This document shows, one piece after another, positions 10,803 to 21,254 of a stretch of DNA of 50,499 nucleotides. Origin of the DNA: Paraglaciecola arctica (GTDB taxonomy: Bacteria > Pseudomonadota > Gammaproteobacteria > Enterobacterales > Alteromonadaceae); assembly GCA_003232445.1 (NCBI GenBank), contig QIJM01000245.1:1-50499 (forward strand), in the 5' to 3' direction. Every line of letters starts with the position of its first letter. The first letter of the stretch is position 1. Made by a program: the position numbers and the translations under genes. A model generated the notes under the pieces. It worked only from the letters and a program-made list of their open reading frames with translations. It ran no database searches and was not told the origin of the DNA.

Positions 10803-10879
10803 TTGGCTGAGATAATAAAAAATATTTTCATAGACTTACCCTAGGGTTCGAATTGTTTTGACAGGATATAGGTAAATAC

Positions 10880-11716
10880 ATGGCTACAGAAAACGCACTT
10901 CTCACTATTTTGGTAGACAAAATTAATAACGATACATTGGTTCTACCCACATTACCTGCGATTGCATTGAAGGTAAGGAGAGTGGCGGACAATCCTGACA
11001 TTCATTTAAATGTGATGGCTGATGTCATTAGCCAGGATCCATCTTTAAGCGCACGTATGATAAAAATTTCAAATAGTGCATATTTGGGCAGATCGGTCAA
11101 AGTTACCTCCGCTCAACAAGCTGTTACTCGTATTGGTTTACGCCAGATTAAAAATATTTCTACCGCTTTGGCAATGGAACAACTATTTGTATCCAAAAAT
11201 GCCATTGTAAAAGACTATATGACTCGCATATGGGCTGATACCATCGAAATTGTGGCCAATTCTTTAGCGATAATGCAAGTTCATGCAAAACAAACCAAAA
11301 ACCGTGCATTGAACCTTGAATCGATGATGTTGGCGGCTTTAGTGCATAATATTGGTGCGTTACCCATACTGACAGAAGCCGAGCGCCATACAGATATATT
11401 TGCTAATCCTACATTCTTGGATGTGGCTATTGAAAAATTGACCGGTAAACTTGGCGCGAGCATTATGACCGAATGGGGTTTTGAGCCGGAGTTTGTGGAT
11501 GTTGCGCAGAACTGGAAAAATTTGTCTGTGACTTCTGAAACTGTTTCTTACTTAGATTTGGTCAGGCTAGGTGCTGCGCTTTGTGGCAAGTTTGAGAGCC
11601 ACAAAGAAGAGATTTTTAATGTGGCAATAGAAAAAGGTATTGTTGATAATTTGTCTGCATTACTTAGCGATGAGTTTGACGAACTGCGTGATAGCGCCAA
11701 GCAAATTTTTCAATAA
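10880..11716 (+). CDS. HDOD domain protein
   Basis: LPTLP, DPSLSARMIKISNS, AVTRIG, ALVHNIG. Confidence 0.9.
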   Translation: MATENALLTILVDKINNDTLVLPTLPAIALKVRRVADNPDIHLNVMADVISQDPSLSARMIKISNSAYLGRSVKVTSAQQAVTRIGLRQIKNISTALAMEQLFVSKNAIVKDYMTRIWADTIEIVANSLAIMQVHAKQTKNRALNLESMMLAALVHNIGALPILTEAERHTDIFANPTFLDVAIEKLTGKLGASIMTEWGFEPEFVDVAQNWKNLSVTSETVSYLDLVRLGAALCGKFESHKEEIFNVAIEKGIVDNLSALLSDEFDELRDSAKQIFQ

Positions 11717-11784
11717 GGTTTGCATCTTATCCTCTAAAAGAGGCTGGGTTCAACCAGCATCATTTGATCAGCACTGCCTATTTG

Positions 11785-12693
11785 TTAACTCACTTTTTCA
11801 TCGTCTAAATTAAATATTTCTTTTAGACGTTTAGCGAAACGAACCACTTCTCCCGACATTAGCGCAAAGTTTGCATCCAACCTAGCTAACATTTGATCTT
11901 TAGGTATATCGTCGTTTTGTTCTCTTATCACATCGGTGAACTTTACGCGTTTTATGCTTAAGTCTTCCTGAATAATTGCCGTAAGTGTTTCACTCCATTC
12001 AACAGCAAGTTTTTGGACTGACTTTCCTGCTTCCAAATGATGGGTGATTTCTTCGCTGTATAAATCCTGGTTTTTGCAGCGAATAATGGCACCGTCTTCT
12101 TCCAAGGCTTTGAGTTCAGCTTCTTCTAATACAGTAATATCTGTTGGCGCTGAGTCATCTTTTAACCATGAGGTTAAATCTGTCTGCACAGATTGCCTGG
12201 CTAAAGGAACAACGGGTAATGAACCAATGGCCTTACGTAACATGGCTAAGAACACTTCAGCTTTGCCATCTGCAGACGAATCTACTACCACTAAATTATC
12301 TTGGGTAGAGATGAAGCCGTGTGTATAACTATTTTTGGTGAACGCTTGGGGCAACAAACGATGAATGATTTCTTGCTTCATATCTTGTTGGGCTTTTTTG
12401 CCCACAGGGGAGCCTGTCTCGGTCTCGATTAGTGCTACTTTGTCTGCCAGTTCTGCATTCACAACCACAGCGGGCAAAATACGTTCTTGTTTCTTTAGGG
12501 TTAACCAAACCCTACCCGCCGTAGCATGGATTAAAGTCTCGCCCTGATTGAAGGGAGAAGCCCAGCCCATAGTGGCTAATTCTTGGCTGCCGCAAGGGCG
12601 AAATTTGAATTCAGCAAGTTTGTCTTCAAAGTCTTGTTCTTTGAAATCCATGTCTTGGGTAATTGCGTAAAGCTTTAGGTTTTTAAACCACAT
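11785..12693 (-). CDS. rdgC: Recombination-associated protein RdgC
   Basis: MWFKNL, ERILPAVVV, LLPQAF, LDANFALM. Confidence 0.96.
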   Translation of the reverse strand: MWFKNLKLYAITQDMDFKEQDFEDKLAEFKFRPCGSQELATMGWASPFNQGETLIHATAGRVWLTLKKQERILPAVVVNAELADKVALIETETGSPVGKKAQQDMKQEIIHRLLPQAFTKNSYTHGFISTQDNLVVVDSSADGKAEVFLAMLRKAIGSLPVVPLARQSVQTDLTSWLKDDSAPTDITVLEEAELKALEEDGAIIRCKNQDLYSEEITHHLEAGKSVQKLAVEWSETLTAIIQEDLSIKRVKFTDVIREQNDDIPKDQMLARLDANFALMSGEVVRFAKRLKEIFNLDDEKVS

Positions 12694-12711
12694 AAAATAA
12701 TTCGCTAAGAG

Positions 12712-12790
12712 TTAGGGGCTGTTTATCTTTCGAGTTGAAAATGGATTCAATCTAAAGCGATACTGCTGCTTTGGTCGCGAAAAATAGTCA
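12712..12790. repeat. Possible end of a dispersed Alteromonadales intergenic repeat or MITE remnant
   Basis: TAGGGGCTGTTTATCTTTCGAGTTGAAAATG resembles, from memory, termini of dispersed palindromic repeats in this order; only one end visible. Confidence 0.3.
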
Positions 12791-12896
12791 AGCCCTCTGC
12801 GCAGAGTCGCGCTATTAAAAATGGCCGTAGAGACTATCAGGAATTAACCTTGCCTACTATGTGAAAAAGACAGAAATTCACTTAAATATGTTTTGC

Positions 12897-14618
12897 TTAG
12901 ACGGGGATAGTAATTTTGTATTGTAGGCCTTGGTCAGGTTGACTGAATGCTTGTATTGAGCCACCTAGTGTTTGAGTCACTAGATTGTACATAATGTGCG
13001 TGCCTAATCCGCTTCCGCCTTTACCTCTGCGGGTAGTAAAAAATGCATCGAAATGCCGTTCTAGGGTTCCCTCATCAAGACCTCGCCCATCGTCAGAGTA
13101 GTCGATAATAAGATTGTCGTCTTGCTTGGAAATTTCCAGTCTGATGGCGCCTTTAGGTGTATCCTCGAAGCCATGGATCAGGGAGTTCATAATCATATTG
13201 GTTAATATTTGTGCCAACACGCCAGGCGCACATTTGATCAATAGATCGTCTGGGCAATGTATATCAATAGTATGCTGAGTTTTTTTTAAATTAGGCGCCA
13301 AAGATTGCACGACTTCACTTAAATACTCACTGACATTGATTTCTCTTATTGCTTCACTTGTTTGATCGACAGCAACCTGTTTAAAACTTGAAATAAGATC
13401 GGAGGCACGGTTTAAGTTGTTGGTGAGTAACGTGATGGTTTGCTGAGCCTCAGATAAAAACGAGGTCATGATACTGCCTGTTAATTTTTTATCATCGTAG
13501 GCGCTTTGAAGTTTTTGTACTCTGTCTTGCAAAAAGCTGGTTGCTGTAACACTAACACCTAAAGGTGTATTAACGTCGTGGGCAATGCCCGCTACTAAGC
13601 CACCCAATGAGGCCATTCTTTCTGATTCAACCAATTGAGCTTGAGCCATTTGGATGGTTTCCATCGATGTGGCTAATTCAGTATTTCGTTTACGTAGTTC
13701 ATCTTCGATAAATTGGCGATTTTCATTTTCTTGACGCAGTTCACGTTGATTAACTAATAACTCATCTTTTTGTTGTTCCAAGTCCAACATGATCCTACTC
13801 AATGTGGCGGTTTTTTTAGCCACTTCTTCTTCTAACGAGATATTCTGGTAATCTAGCCTCATATTGGCCTGTTGTAACTCTCTTTGAGTGCCTGCAAGCT
13901 TAGATTGAAACTCAATCGTTTCATCTATTAACTTATTGTAAGACGTTTCTAATAGCTTTAATTCATTGTCCTCATCAATGTTCAAGTTAAGTTTGGAGGA
14001 TTCAGGGTCGTCTAGGTTGAAGTCGGTAATTTGTTGGGTTAATTCATTCAGCGGATTAGTCAGCATAGTGCGAAATGCACTCATAAATAGAAAAACTAAA
14101 AACGCAGTTTTAACTATGGCGTTACCAATCAAGAAAAATATTCCGACTTCTATTCTGCCAAAAATAATGGCGGAGCTTGAATATAAAGTGACATCACCGA
14201 CTAATGATGTTCTACCAGAGAATTCGAAGATTAATGGAAAACTGTAACCAAAGGTTCCTCCCGCATGATCCCTCATCACACCTTTAGTAATAGATTCACC
14301 GACTAATGTAGAAGTACGTCCAAAATCGGCAATATAGTGACTGTTTTCATCTCGAATTTGCACACCTTCAACTATAGGCAGTTCCATTAAACCTACCGCA
14401 ATAGATTTTGCTTGGGGGGTATTTAGCTCCCAAATGGCGCGAGTTAAACTAGTGCTAAAGGTGCTTTTTAAAGTTTTAAGCTCACTTTCAATATGATTTT
14501 TTGTGTTTAAATATTCAGTGAAAACTTGGCCTGCAGTCACAATCAGGGTTAGCACAAAATAAACCGACAGCACCCTAGCTAGCAGCTTTCTTGACAACCC
14601 TTGCTTGGCATTAGACAT
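12897..14618 (-). CDS. Membrane sensor histidine kinase (HAMP-HisKA-HATPase)
   Basis: Two TM segments, H-box AHDVNTPLG, N-box NSLIHGF, DDGRG, GSGLG. Confidence 0.93.
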   Translation of the reverse strand: MSNAKQGLSRKLLARVLSVYFVLTLIVTAGQVFTEYLNTKNHIESELKTLKSTFSTSLTRAIWELNTPQAKSIAVGLMELPIVEGVQIRDENSHYIADFGRTSTLVGESITKGVMRDHAGGTFGYSFPLIFEFSGRTSLVGDVTLYSSSAIIFGRIEVGIFFLIGNAIVKTAFLVFLFMSAFRTMLTNPLNELTQQITDFNLDDPESSKLNLNIDEDNELKLLETSYNKLIDETIEFQSKLAGTQRELQQANMRLDYQNISLEEEVAKKTATLSRIMLDLEQQKDELLVNQRELRQENENRQFIEDELRKRNTELATSMETIQMAQAQLVESERMASLGGLVAGIAHDVNTPLGVSVTATSFLQDRVQKLQSAYDDKKLTGSIMTSFLSEAQQTITLLTNNLNRASDLISSFKQVAVDQTSEAIREINVSEYLSEVVQSLAPNLKKTQHTIDIHCPDDLLIKCAPGVLAQILTNMIMNSLIHGFEDTPKGAIRLEISKQDDNLIIDYSDDGRGLDEGTLERHFDAFFTTRRGKGGSGLGTHIMYNLVTQTLGGSIQAFSQPDQGLQYKITIPV

Positions 14619-14792
14619 CTAGATTCATATTTCCTTTAGTTAAATCTGTATATAAAGAATATGCGGAATAAAAAAAATAAACAAGATGTGTAGGCAGTAA
14701 TGTGTTTTGAGGCACAGTCGAGTTAAAGTTGTGAAAGTCTGTGATCTTTTAAAATATTGTCTTTGTAGACTAAATAGAGGCTAAAATGCTAA

Positions 14793-14826
14793 CCGTAATA
14801 AAAATGTCACACAAAATATGAATAAT
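14793..14826 (+). promoter_or_regulatory. Pho box and -10 element of the phoB promoter
   Basis: CCGTAAT-AAAA-ATGTCAC (14793-14810; 11-bp-spaced half sites like CTGTCAT-N4-CTGTCAY), then AATAAT 10 nt later; phoB autoregulation is established. Confidence 0.7.
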
Positions 14827-14860
14827 CTAATGCGTTGTTGATGTAGCAAGGAACATAAAA

Positions 14861-15550
14861 ATGGCAAAACGTATTTTATTGGTGGAAGACGAAGCTCCCA
14901 TCCGCAACATGTTGAAATTTGTGCTTGAACAATCGGGTTATGTAACCATTGAGGCCGAAGATTATCAAATAGCGCTAGAAAAAATAGTAGAACCTTTTCC
15001 CGATTTGATTTTATTAGACTGGATGTTGCCAGGTGGCACCGGTGTGCAACTGGCGAAAAAACTCAAGCAACATGAATATGCTCGATACATTCCTATCATT
15101 ATGTTAACTGCCAGAGGCGAAGAAGAAGATAAAATCAGAGGTTTAGAAGCCGGTGCCGATGATTATGTGACTAAACCATTCTCTCCCAAGGAATTAGTGG
15201 CCAGAGTAAAAGCGGTGATCAGACGTGTAACACCCACATCTAGCGAAGATGTCGTTGATTACCAAGGATTAAGGCTCGATCCTGTGTCCCACCGTGTTAC
15301 ATCTAATAAGACGCCCATTGATATGGGACCCACCGAGTTCAAACTTTTACATTTTTTTATGACACATTCTGAACGGGTTTATAGCCGTGAGCAGCTGTTG
15401 GACAATGTTTGGGGAACTAACGTTTATGTTGAAGATAGAACGGTAGACGTACACATTAGAAGGCTACGTAAAGCCTTGTCTGAGTTTTCACATGATAATA
15501 TGATCCAAACAGTGCGCGGTTCAGGTTATCGTTTTTCCAGTAAAGTGTAG
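14861..15550 (+). CDS. phoB: Phosphate regulon response regulator PhoB
   Basis: [46 protein letters not shown]. Confidence 0.97.
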   Translation: MAKRILLVEDEAPIRNMLKFVLEQSGYVTIEAEDYQIALEKIVEPFPDLILLDWMLPGGTGVQLAKKLKQHEYARYIPIIMLTARGEEEDKIRGLEAGADDYVTKPFSPKELVARVKAVIRRVTPTSSEDVVDYQGLRLDPVSHRVTSNKTPIDMGPTEFKLLHFFMTHSERVYSREQLLDNVWGTNVYVEDRTVDVHIRRLRKALSEFSHDNMIQTVRGSGYRFSSKV

Positions 15551-15640
15551 AGAGCTTTCAGCTAAATGAGTGCCGCCTGCTATTAGTTCTCAGAGAAACG
15601 AATATTTTTTAATAGCTTTAAAGAGGAATATAGCCCCCAG

Positions 15641-16981
15641 ATGTATCACCCTTTTGCTTGGTTAAGAAGTATTGCAAGAGTCGCCATTTTTCTGACCGCT
15701 TGTACGCTACTTGGCTTATATATTAATCATCTGGCATTAACCTTGTTGTTTGCTGCCTTTGGATTGTTAGGCTTGCATTATTGGCGGCTCTATCGGCTTA
15801 ACTATTGGTTATGGCACAGTAAAAAGATTTCTCCTCCTTCTTCTTCCCGTGGCATTTGGTCGCATATTTACCAAGGTATTCATAGCGCTAATTTAAACAG
15901 TCGTAATAAACGTAAAACCTTAGGTGAGATTATTCGCCGTTTTCGGCAAGGATCGGAAGCGCTTCCCGACGCAGCACTTATAGTTGATAATTCTGCTGAG
16001 ATTATCTGGTGTAATCGACTAGCAAGAATAGAGTTGGGTTTGCGTTGGCCCGAAGATATGGGGCGGAAAGTTTATGAAGGCATTAATGATAAGAAGTTTA
16101 TTAAGTTCTATCACGCTCATCGTTTTGATCAGCCCATAGAAATTATCTCGCCGATCAATTCCAATAAAGTATTAGAATTTAGGGTAGTGCCTTACGAAGA
16201 TGAACATTTGATGATCCTCATTCGTGATGTTACGCGCTTGACCCAAATTGAAAAAATGCGTAAAGATTTTGTGGCCAATGTTTCTCATGAGTTGAAAACA
16301 CCTTTAACCGTGATTAATGGCTACCTAGAGATGTTGCCAGAAAGTGGCGATATACCTGCGCCAATGATGAAAAAAGCCATATCTGAAATGCGCTCTCAAT
16401 CTATGCGCATGCAAAGCTTAATTGAAGAGTTGTTGGTGTTGTCACGTATTGAAGCCAGCACAGAAAGAGCCTTCGAAAAATTGGTCAATGTGCCTCAATT
16501 ATTGTGGCAAATCCAAGCTGAAGCAGAGGCACTAAACCGCGACAGATTGCATAAATTGTTTTTTGATATATCACCCATTTTATACGTGTATGGCATTGAA
16601 TCAGAATTGCATAGCGCGTTTTCTAATATAATTTTCAACGCCATCAATTACACACCTAACAATGGCGTGATCGAAGTACAGTGGTTTCTGCAAGGTGATC
16701 AGGCTATGTTCAGTGTTAAAGATAATGGAGATGGCATTGCAGCAGAACATATTGATCGTCTTACGGAACGTTTTTATCGTGTAGACAAAGCGCGGTCGCG
16801 CACAACTGGCGGATCTGGTCTAGGGTTGTCTATCGTCAAACACGTTTTATCTCACCACAACTCTCGTTTAGTGATTGAGAGTGAAGTGGGTAAAGGTGCC
16901 CAGTTTTCTTGTCGATTTTCCGCCGAACTAACACTTTTAATGGATCAAAACAGTCAAAAAAACTCATCTGCTTTAATCTAG
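15641..16981 (+). CDS. phoR: Phosphate regulon sensor kinase PhoR
   Basis: FVANVSHELKTPLT, RLTERFYRVDKARSRTTGGSGLGL; follows phoB. Confidence 0.96.
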   Translation: MYHPFAWLRSIARVAIFLTACTLLGLYINHLALTLLFAAFGLLGLHYWRLYRLNYWLWHSKKISPPSSSRGIWSHIYQGIHSANLNSRNKRKTLGEIIRRFRQGSEALPDAALIVDNSAEIIWCNRLARIELGLRWPEDMGRKVYEGINDKKFIKFYHAHRFDQPIEIISPINSNKVLEFRVVPYEDEHLMILIRDVTRLTQIEKMRKDFVANVSHELKTPLTVINGYLEMLPESGDIPAPMMKKAISEMRSQSMRMQSLIEELLVLSRIEASTERAFEKLVNVPQLLWQIQAEAEALNRDRLHKLFFDISPILYVYGIESELHSAFSNIIFNAINYTPNNGVIEVQWFLQGDQAMFSVKDNGDGIAAEHIDRLTERFYRVDKARSRTTGGSGLGLSIVKHVLSHHNSRLVIESEVGKGAQFSCRFSAELTLLMDQNSQKNSSALI

Positions 16982-16999
16982 CTGCTTTAGTTAGCACAG

Positions 17000-17172
17000 C
17001 TCATCCACCTCGGATGGATTTTTTCCGTTCCTTCATGACCTTTGAACTCTTTGTGCAAGGTATTACTTTGGCGCGGGTTATCGGATTTATTAGCGGTGTA
17101 TTTCCCGCTTGGAAGGCGGCTAGGGTGCCAGCCATAGTAGTGTTTCAATCGGGGAATAACATTCTGATTTAA
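17000..17172 (+). pseudogene. C-terminal remnant of a FtsX/MacB-type ABC permease
   Basis: FELFVQGITLARVIGFISGVFPAWKAARV matches the G..PA..AAR last helix of this family; no room for the rest of the gene; 5' boundary approximate. Confidence 0.65.
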
Positions 17173-17187
17173 GTGAGTTATCTATCT

Positions 17188-17217
17188 AAAAGCCGAGCTG
17201 ATTATTCTCGGCTTTTT
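17188..17217 (+). terminator. Intrinsic terminator (possibly bidirectional)
   Basis: AAAAGCCGAG-ctgattatt-CTCGGCTTTTT. Confidence 0.75.
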
Positions 17218-17311
17218 ATATTTAGCGGGTGGATAGGGTGGTTTTTTCTGTGTGGCTAATTTAAGGTAATCAGTTAAATTTTGACTTTGCTGTGTTGTAT
17301 AAAGGGTAAAA

Positions 17312-18547
17312 ATGAAAAAAGTACTGAGTGTAAAAAAAATAATATTTGGCTTTTTAATCGTTGTAGTCGCACTGGTTGCTGTTTACCACAAAAACCTTAC
17401 CCGTTTATACACAGCCGTCACGTTGTACGATCAAGACAAAATCGCCAACAATTTTCTGACCATGTATCAATCTTTTAATTCGACCGTCATTCCTGCCAGT
17501 ACTCAGCCATTTTACTTTCCGGAGGCAGTAAAAGCACTGCCTGATTCATTTGAATATGACAATAACGATATTTTAACTCAGAGCTTTATCGAAGATAGCC
17601 AAACAACTGGGTTGTTAGTGTTAAAAAACGGAAAAATTGTTTATGAAGATTATTGGCTTGGTCATGAGCAAGACAAACAACATATCTCTTTTTCGATGGC
17701 TAAGTCTTTTGTATCTGCCTTAATGGGTATTGCTATTGAAGAGGGATTTGTGGCTAGTATCGAACAGGCCGTTACTGATTATGTACCAGAATTAGTGGGC
17801 AGTGGTTATGCAGGCGTAAGCATAAAAGATGTATTGCAAATGTCTTCAGGTGTAGGTTTCAACGAAGATTACGGCGACTTTAATTCAGATATTAATAGGT
17901 TTTCCCGAGCCACTGCTTTTGGTACTTCTTTAGATGATTTTTCAGCTTCATTAGTTCGAGAAAAAGAGCCAGGGACTTACCATCATTATGTGAGTATCGA
18001 CACTCAGGTGCTGGGTATGGTGTTAACCCGTGCCACGGGGCAAACCTTAACTCATTATTTGTCAGAGAAAATCTGGCAACCTTTGGGCATGGAACATCAA
18101 GCATACTGGCTCACAGATGACTCCAATATGGAACTTGCTTTAGGCGGGCTAAATGTGTCCCTGCGCGATTATGCCAAATTAGGTTGGTTGTACCTCAATT
18201 TAGGGCAATGGAAAAATGCGCAGGGGCAAATACAGCAAGTTGTGCCCAAACAATGGGTTATTGATTCTATTACAGCCGATGCGCCACATCTTGTTGCGGG
18301 CGAAAACAATCCTGCATCATCATCACCTTTGGGTTACGGATACCAATGGTGGCTGCCACTTGGCGCTGAAGACGAATATGCTGCTCAGGGCATTTATAAC
18401 CAGTATATCTATGTCGATCCGGATCAAAAGCTAGTGATAGTTAAAAACTCAGCCAATTATCGTTTCACAGATAAAAGTTTAAACTGGACAGCCAAACACT
18501 ATGCTATGTTTCGCGCAATCAGCGGATATTTTTCTAAAGAGCAGTAA
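17312..18547 (+). CDS. Serine hydrolase, beta-lactamase/NylB-like family, N-terminally anchored
   Basis: SxxK motif SMAKS, YVSIDT, IWQPLGM, YGYQWW. Confidence 0.88.
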   Translation: MKKVLSVKKIIFGFLIVVVALVAVYHKNLTRLYTAVTLYDQDKIANNFLTMYQSFNSTVIPASTQPFYFPEAVKALPDSFEYDNNDILTQSFIEDSQTTGLLVLKNGKIVYEDYWLGHEQDKQHISFSMAKSFVSALMGIAIEEGFVASIEQAVTDYVPELVGSGYAGVSIKDVLQMSSGVGFNEDYGDFNSDINRFSRATAFGTSLDDFSASLVREKEPGTYHHYVSIDTQVLGMVLTRATGQTLTHYLSEKIWQPLGMEHQAYWLTDDSNMELALGGLNVSLRDYAKLGWLYLNLGQWKNAQGQIQQVVPKQWVIDSITADAPHLVAGENNPASSSPLGYGYQWWLPLGAEDEYAAQGIYNQYIYVDPDQKLVIVKNSANYRFTDKSLNWTAKHYAMFRAISGYFSKEQ

Positions 18548-18558
18548 AAAGTAAAAGT

Positions 18559-18714
18559 CAAAAGACAAAGCGATCTCACCACAGAGGAAAAGGAGACTTC
18601 GCTGTACAGAGAAAGCTATACAAATGGTTAAGAATACTTACGTTCTTCCGCATCACCATTCTGTTTTTTTCTTTTCTTCTGTGACCCTCTGTGGTTCAAT
18701 ATTTTTGTCTTTTG
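18559..18714. repeat. ~156-bp element bounded by bipartite inverted repeats (REP/MITE-like)
   Basis: CAAAAGACAAA-N8-ACCACAGAGG (18559-18587) mirrored by CCTCTGTGGT-N8-TTTGTCTTTTG (18686-18714). Confidence 0.65.
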
Positions 18715-19041
18715 TTCTGCCCCTAGCTTTTTCTATACTTAGGTGGTTTTGACCACTGTCAGTCCAATTGGACTCAAAAATGCCTTTTTGCTGCTGAAAT
18801 AGACCGTAAACTTCATATGGAGCTGATTTTATCTATTAACAAATTTTTAACTTTGAAGGTTAAAGCACGCATATATGGATGTAATACTATTTGAAACTTA
18901 CGGTTTTAAGCAATTAACACTAAACATACCAATTTTTTGCAGTAATGTGATGTTAACTGTGATCGTGAAAAATATTTCGAGTTAATATTTAACCAATTAT
19001 AAGACGTTTTTGGTAAAGTACTTGTGAACGAAGGAAAAGTG

Positions 19042-19494
19042 GTGACAGACTCTAAGATTAGAAGTGAACCTGCCATTCAAAATTTACTTATCCGTATACC
19101 TAGTCAAGTTGCAGAAAACTTTTCAGATGAGCAACTAATCGGCTTGAAAATTGCTTAAAGCTTTTCAGATGAGCAACTAATAGGCTTGAAAGTGGCGCTA
19201 GGATCTCGCAACTGGGGAAAGCATAAAATCGATTTCCGTGAGACGTTCCCTATCCCTTTTTTTAGTTCGAAAATCTATTATGTTTTTCTGATGGGGCGTA
19301 ACTACAGAGATTTAAAGCGCCAAGAACGACTTGTATCTGCGTTTGCACTAGCGATATTTGTGATTTTGCTTATTACGCTTTCAGTATTGATGGGCATATT
19401 AGTACTTTATTTAATTAAGTCAGCATTAGGCATTAACCTAATTGAAGGTTTTTCTTTTGGGATTTGGCATTGGTTTAAAGGATTATGGGAATGA
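19042..19494 (+). pseudogene. Small membrane protein gene interrupted by a 42-bp duplication carrying an in-frame TAA
   Basis: AAGGA RBS, GTG 19042: MTDSKIRSEPAIQNLLIRIPSQVAENFSDEQLIGLKIA*SFSDEQLIGLKVALGSRNWGKH...; stop at 19156-19158, same frame as ORF 19186-19494. Confidence 0.7.
19114..19197. repeat. Imperfect 42-bp tandem duplication
   Basis: Core CTTTTCAGATGAGCAACTAAT(C/A)GGCTTGAAA at 19119-19149 and 19161-19191. Confidence 0.9.
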
Positions 19495-20666
19495 TAAATA
19501 GTAATAAAAGTATCTTATTAGCAACAGTAATAGTCGCGGCGATTGCATCAACACAGGTTTATGGTCAAGAAACTGGTTTCTCTGCTGATATGGATTCTCG
19601 GTTGACTTACGAAGATAACATTTTGCGTGCTACCGATGCCAACGCTATAAGCGATACTAGCCTAGTCGTTGTCCCTGAATTAAAGCTTGGGGGAATACTA
19701 GGTAAACAACGTTTTACTGCTACTTATGCCGGTGAATATGCTAATTATTTTGATAATAGTGACGTGAGTTATACCGACCATGATATTCGTTTGCGAGCAG
19801 ACTTTGACCATTCCTACCGTTTCACATCACGTTTTGACCTGCGCTATAAAAATGAGCACGAGGATATTGCGGACTCTAACAATATTTTCAATAACTTAGG
19901 TGAGTTCAATACCTTTTCTGAAAAACAGGTTGCGGGAAAATTTATTTATGGCCGCCACAGTAGTTTAGGACAGTTAGAGCTGGGATTGTCTTACACCGAT
20001 AGAGATTACGATAACAACGAGCAAGAGTTTAGAAGTTTCGAAAGAAACCTAGCTTCTCTAGGATTTTATTACAGAGTAGCTCCCAGAACTCGACTGTTGG
20101 CAGAAGTAATTTACCAAGACTACGAATATAGCTCTGACACAAATGTTATTGACAGAGACTTCGAGTATTTGATTTATCGAGTAGGTGTTGAGTGGGCGTT
20201 AACTAATCAGCTTGAAGGTACTGTGAAAATCGGCTATCAAGATAGAGATTATGCATTAGATACGCTAAACGATATTGATGGACTATCTTATGAAGCCAAT
20301 CTTGACTGGGAACTGAATACCTACACTGCAATCGGGCTATTGGCTAAGCGTGAAAGTATTGAATCCTCTGTTGAAAGTACAGGGGGTTTTTTGCGCACAA
20401 CCTTTGGTGTTAGCGTTGTTCATGGCTTCACAGAACTGACAAAAATAGAAGCTGAGATAGGCTACTCGGAAGATGAACTCGTATTTGGCATTGTTGCCGA
20501 CCGTCAAGATGAACGACGTTATGCAACGTTTGGTGTATTGCATGACTTGCGAGCTTGGGTTGAAGTGGGAGCCAACTTGAGTTTCGAAGGTCGAGATTCA
20601 AATGTTGAGCTTGCTAACTATAAAGTAAATAGTATTAATCTAACCGCCAAAATATCATTTAATTAA
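19491..20666 (+). CDS. Outer-membrane beta-barrel protein for EPS export (EpsL/VpsM-like)
   Basis: Signal peptide, Y/D-rich beta strands, terminal ISFN; precedes OPX and Wzc genes; start 19491 or 19485. Confidence 0.8.
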   Translation: MINSNKSILLATVIVAAIASTQVYGQETGFSADMDSRLTYEDNILRATDANAISDTSLVVVPELKLGGILGKQRFTATYAGEYANYFDNSDVSYTDHDIRLRADFDHSYRFTSRFDLRYKNEHEDIADSNNIFNNLGEFNTFSEKQVAGKFIYGRHSSLGQLELGLSYTDRDYDNNEQEFRSFERNLASLGFYYRVAPRTRLLAEVIYQDYEYSSDTNVIDRDFEYLIYRVGVEWALTNQLEGTVKIGYQDRDYALDTLNDIDGLSYEANLDWELNTYTAIGLLAKRESIESSVESTGGFLRTTFGVSVVHGFTELTKIEAEIGYSEDELVFGIVADRQDERRYATFGVLHDLRAWVEVGANLSFEGRDSNVELANYKVNSINLTAKISFN

Positions 20667-20675
20667 GGGGATCCA

Positions 20676-21236
20676 ATGAATCTAGGTTCAGTGATAGTAC
20701 ATCGACAAAACGGGCTGATTATTTGGCTTGTGTTTATTAGCTTGCTAGTGACATTTTCTGTAAATTCACAGGAGTTAAGTCAGTATAGGTTGGGCGCAGA
20801 TGATGAGATATCTATTAGTGTTTTTAACGAGCCTGATTTGAGTCTCCCAAAAACTCGAATAGCGGCTAATGGTGCTATCTCGATGCCATTGATTGGCCAA
20901 GTAATCGTTAAAAATTTAACCACCGACGAAGTAGAGGCTAAGATAACGGAGCTGTATTTAGGTGATTACCTAAAGAAGCCTAGTATAATTGTGGCTATAG
21001 TAGAATACAGACAATTCTATGTAAATGGTGAGGTGAATAAGCCTGGTGGGTATAGTTACCGAGAGGGTATGACAATACAGAGAGCTGTCTCGCTAGCAGG
21101 GGGATTTACTGAGAGAGCTTCACGCAGCAAAATCCGTTTATTGAGAGAAAACCAAACGGATAATATAGGGAATGTCACCTTAACTACCCCAGTTCAACCG
21201 GGTGACGTAATTACAGTAGAAGAAAGCTTTTTTTAA
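20676..21236 (+). CDS. Short polysaccharide export (OPX/Wza-like, Poly_export + SLBB) protein
   Basis: YRLGADDEISISVF.EPDLS, GAISMPLIG, GEVNKPG, AGGFTERAS. Confidence 0.9.
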   Translation: MNLGSVIVHRQNGLIIWLVFISLLVTFSVNSQELSQYRLGADDEISISVFNEPDLSLPKTRIAANGAISMPLIGQVIVKNLTTDEVEAKITELYLGDYLKKPSIIVAIVEYRQFYVNGEVNKPGGYSYREGMTIQRAVSLAGGFTERASRSKIRLLRENQTDNIGNVTLTTPVQPGDVITVEESFF

Positions 21237-21254
21237 CTAGACGGAATTAACTAG

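Noticed and set aside
19114-19197. Mini CRISPR array
   Set aside because: Only two copies, 11-nt gap, codon-phase duplication inside a gene, no cas genes
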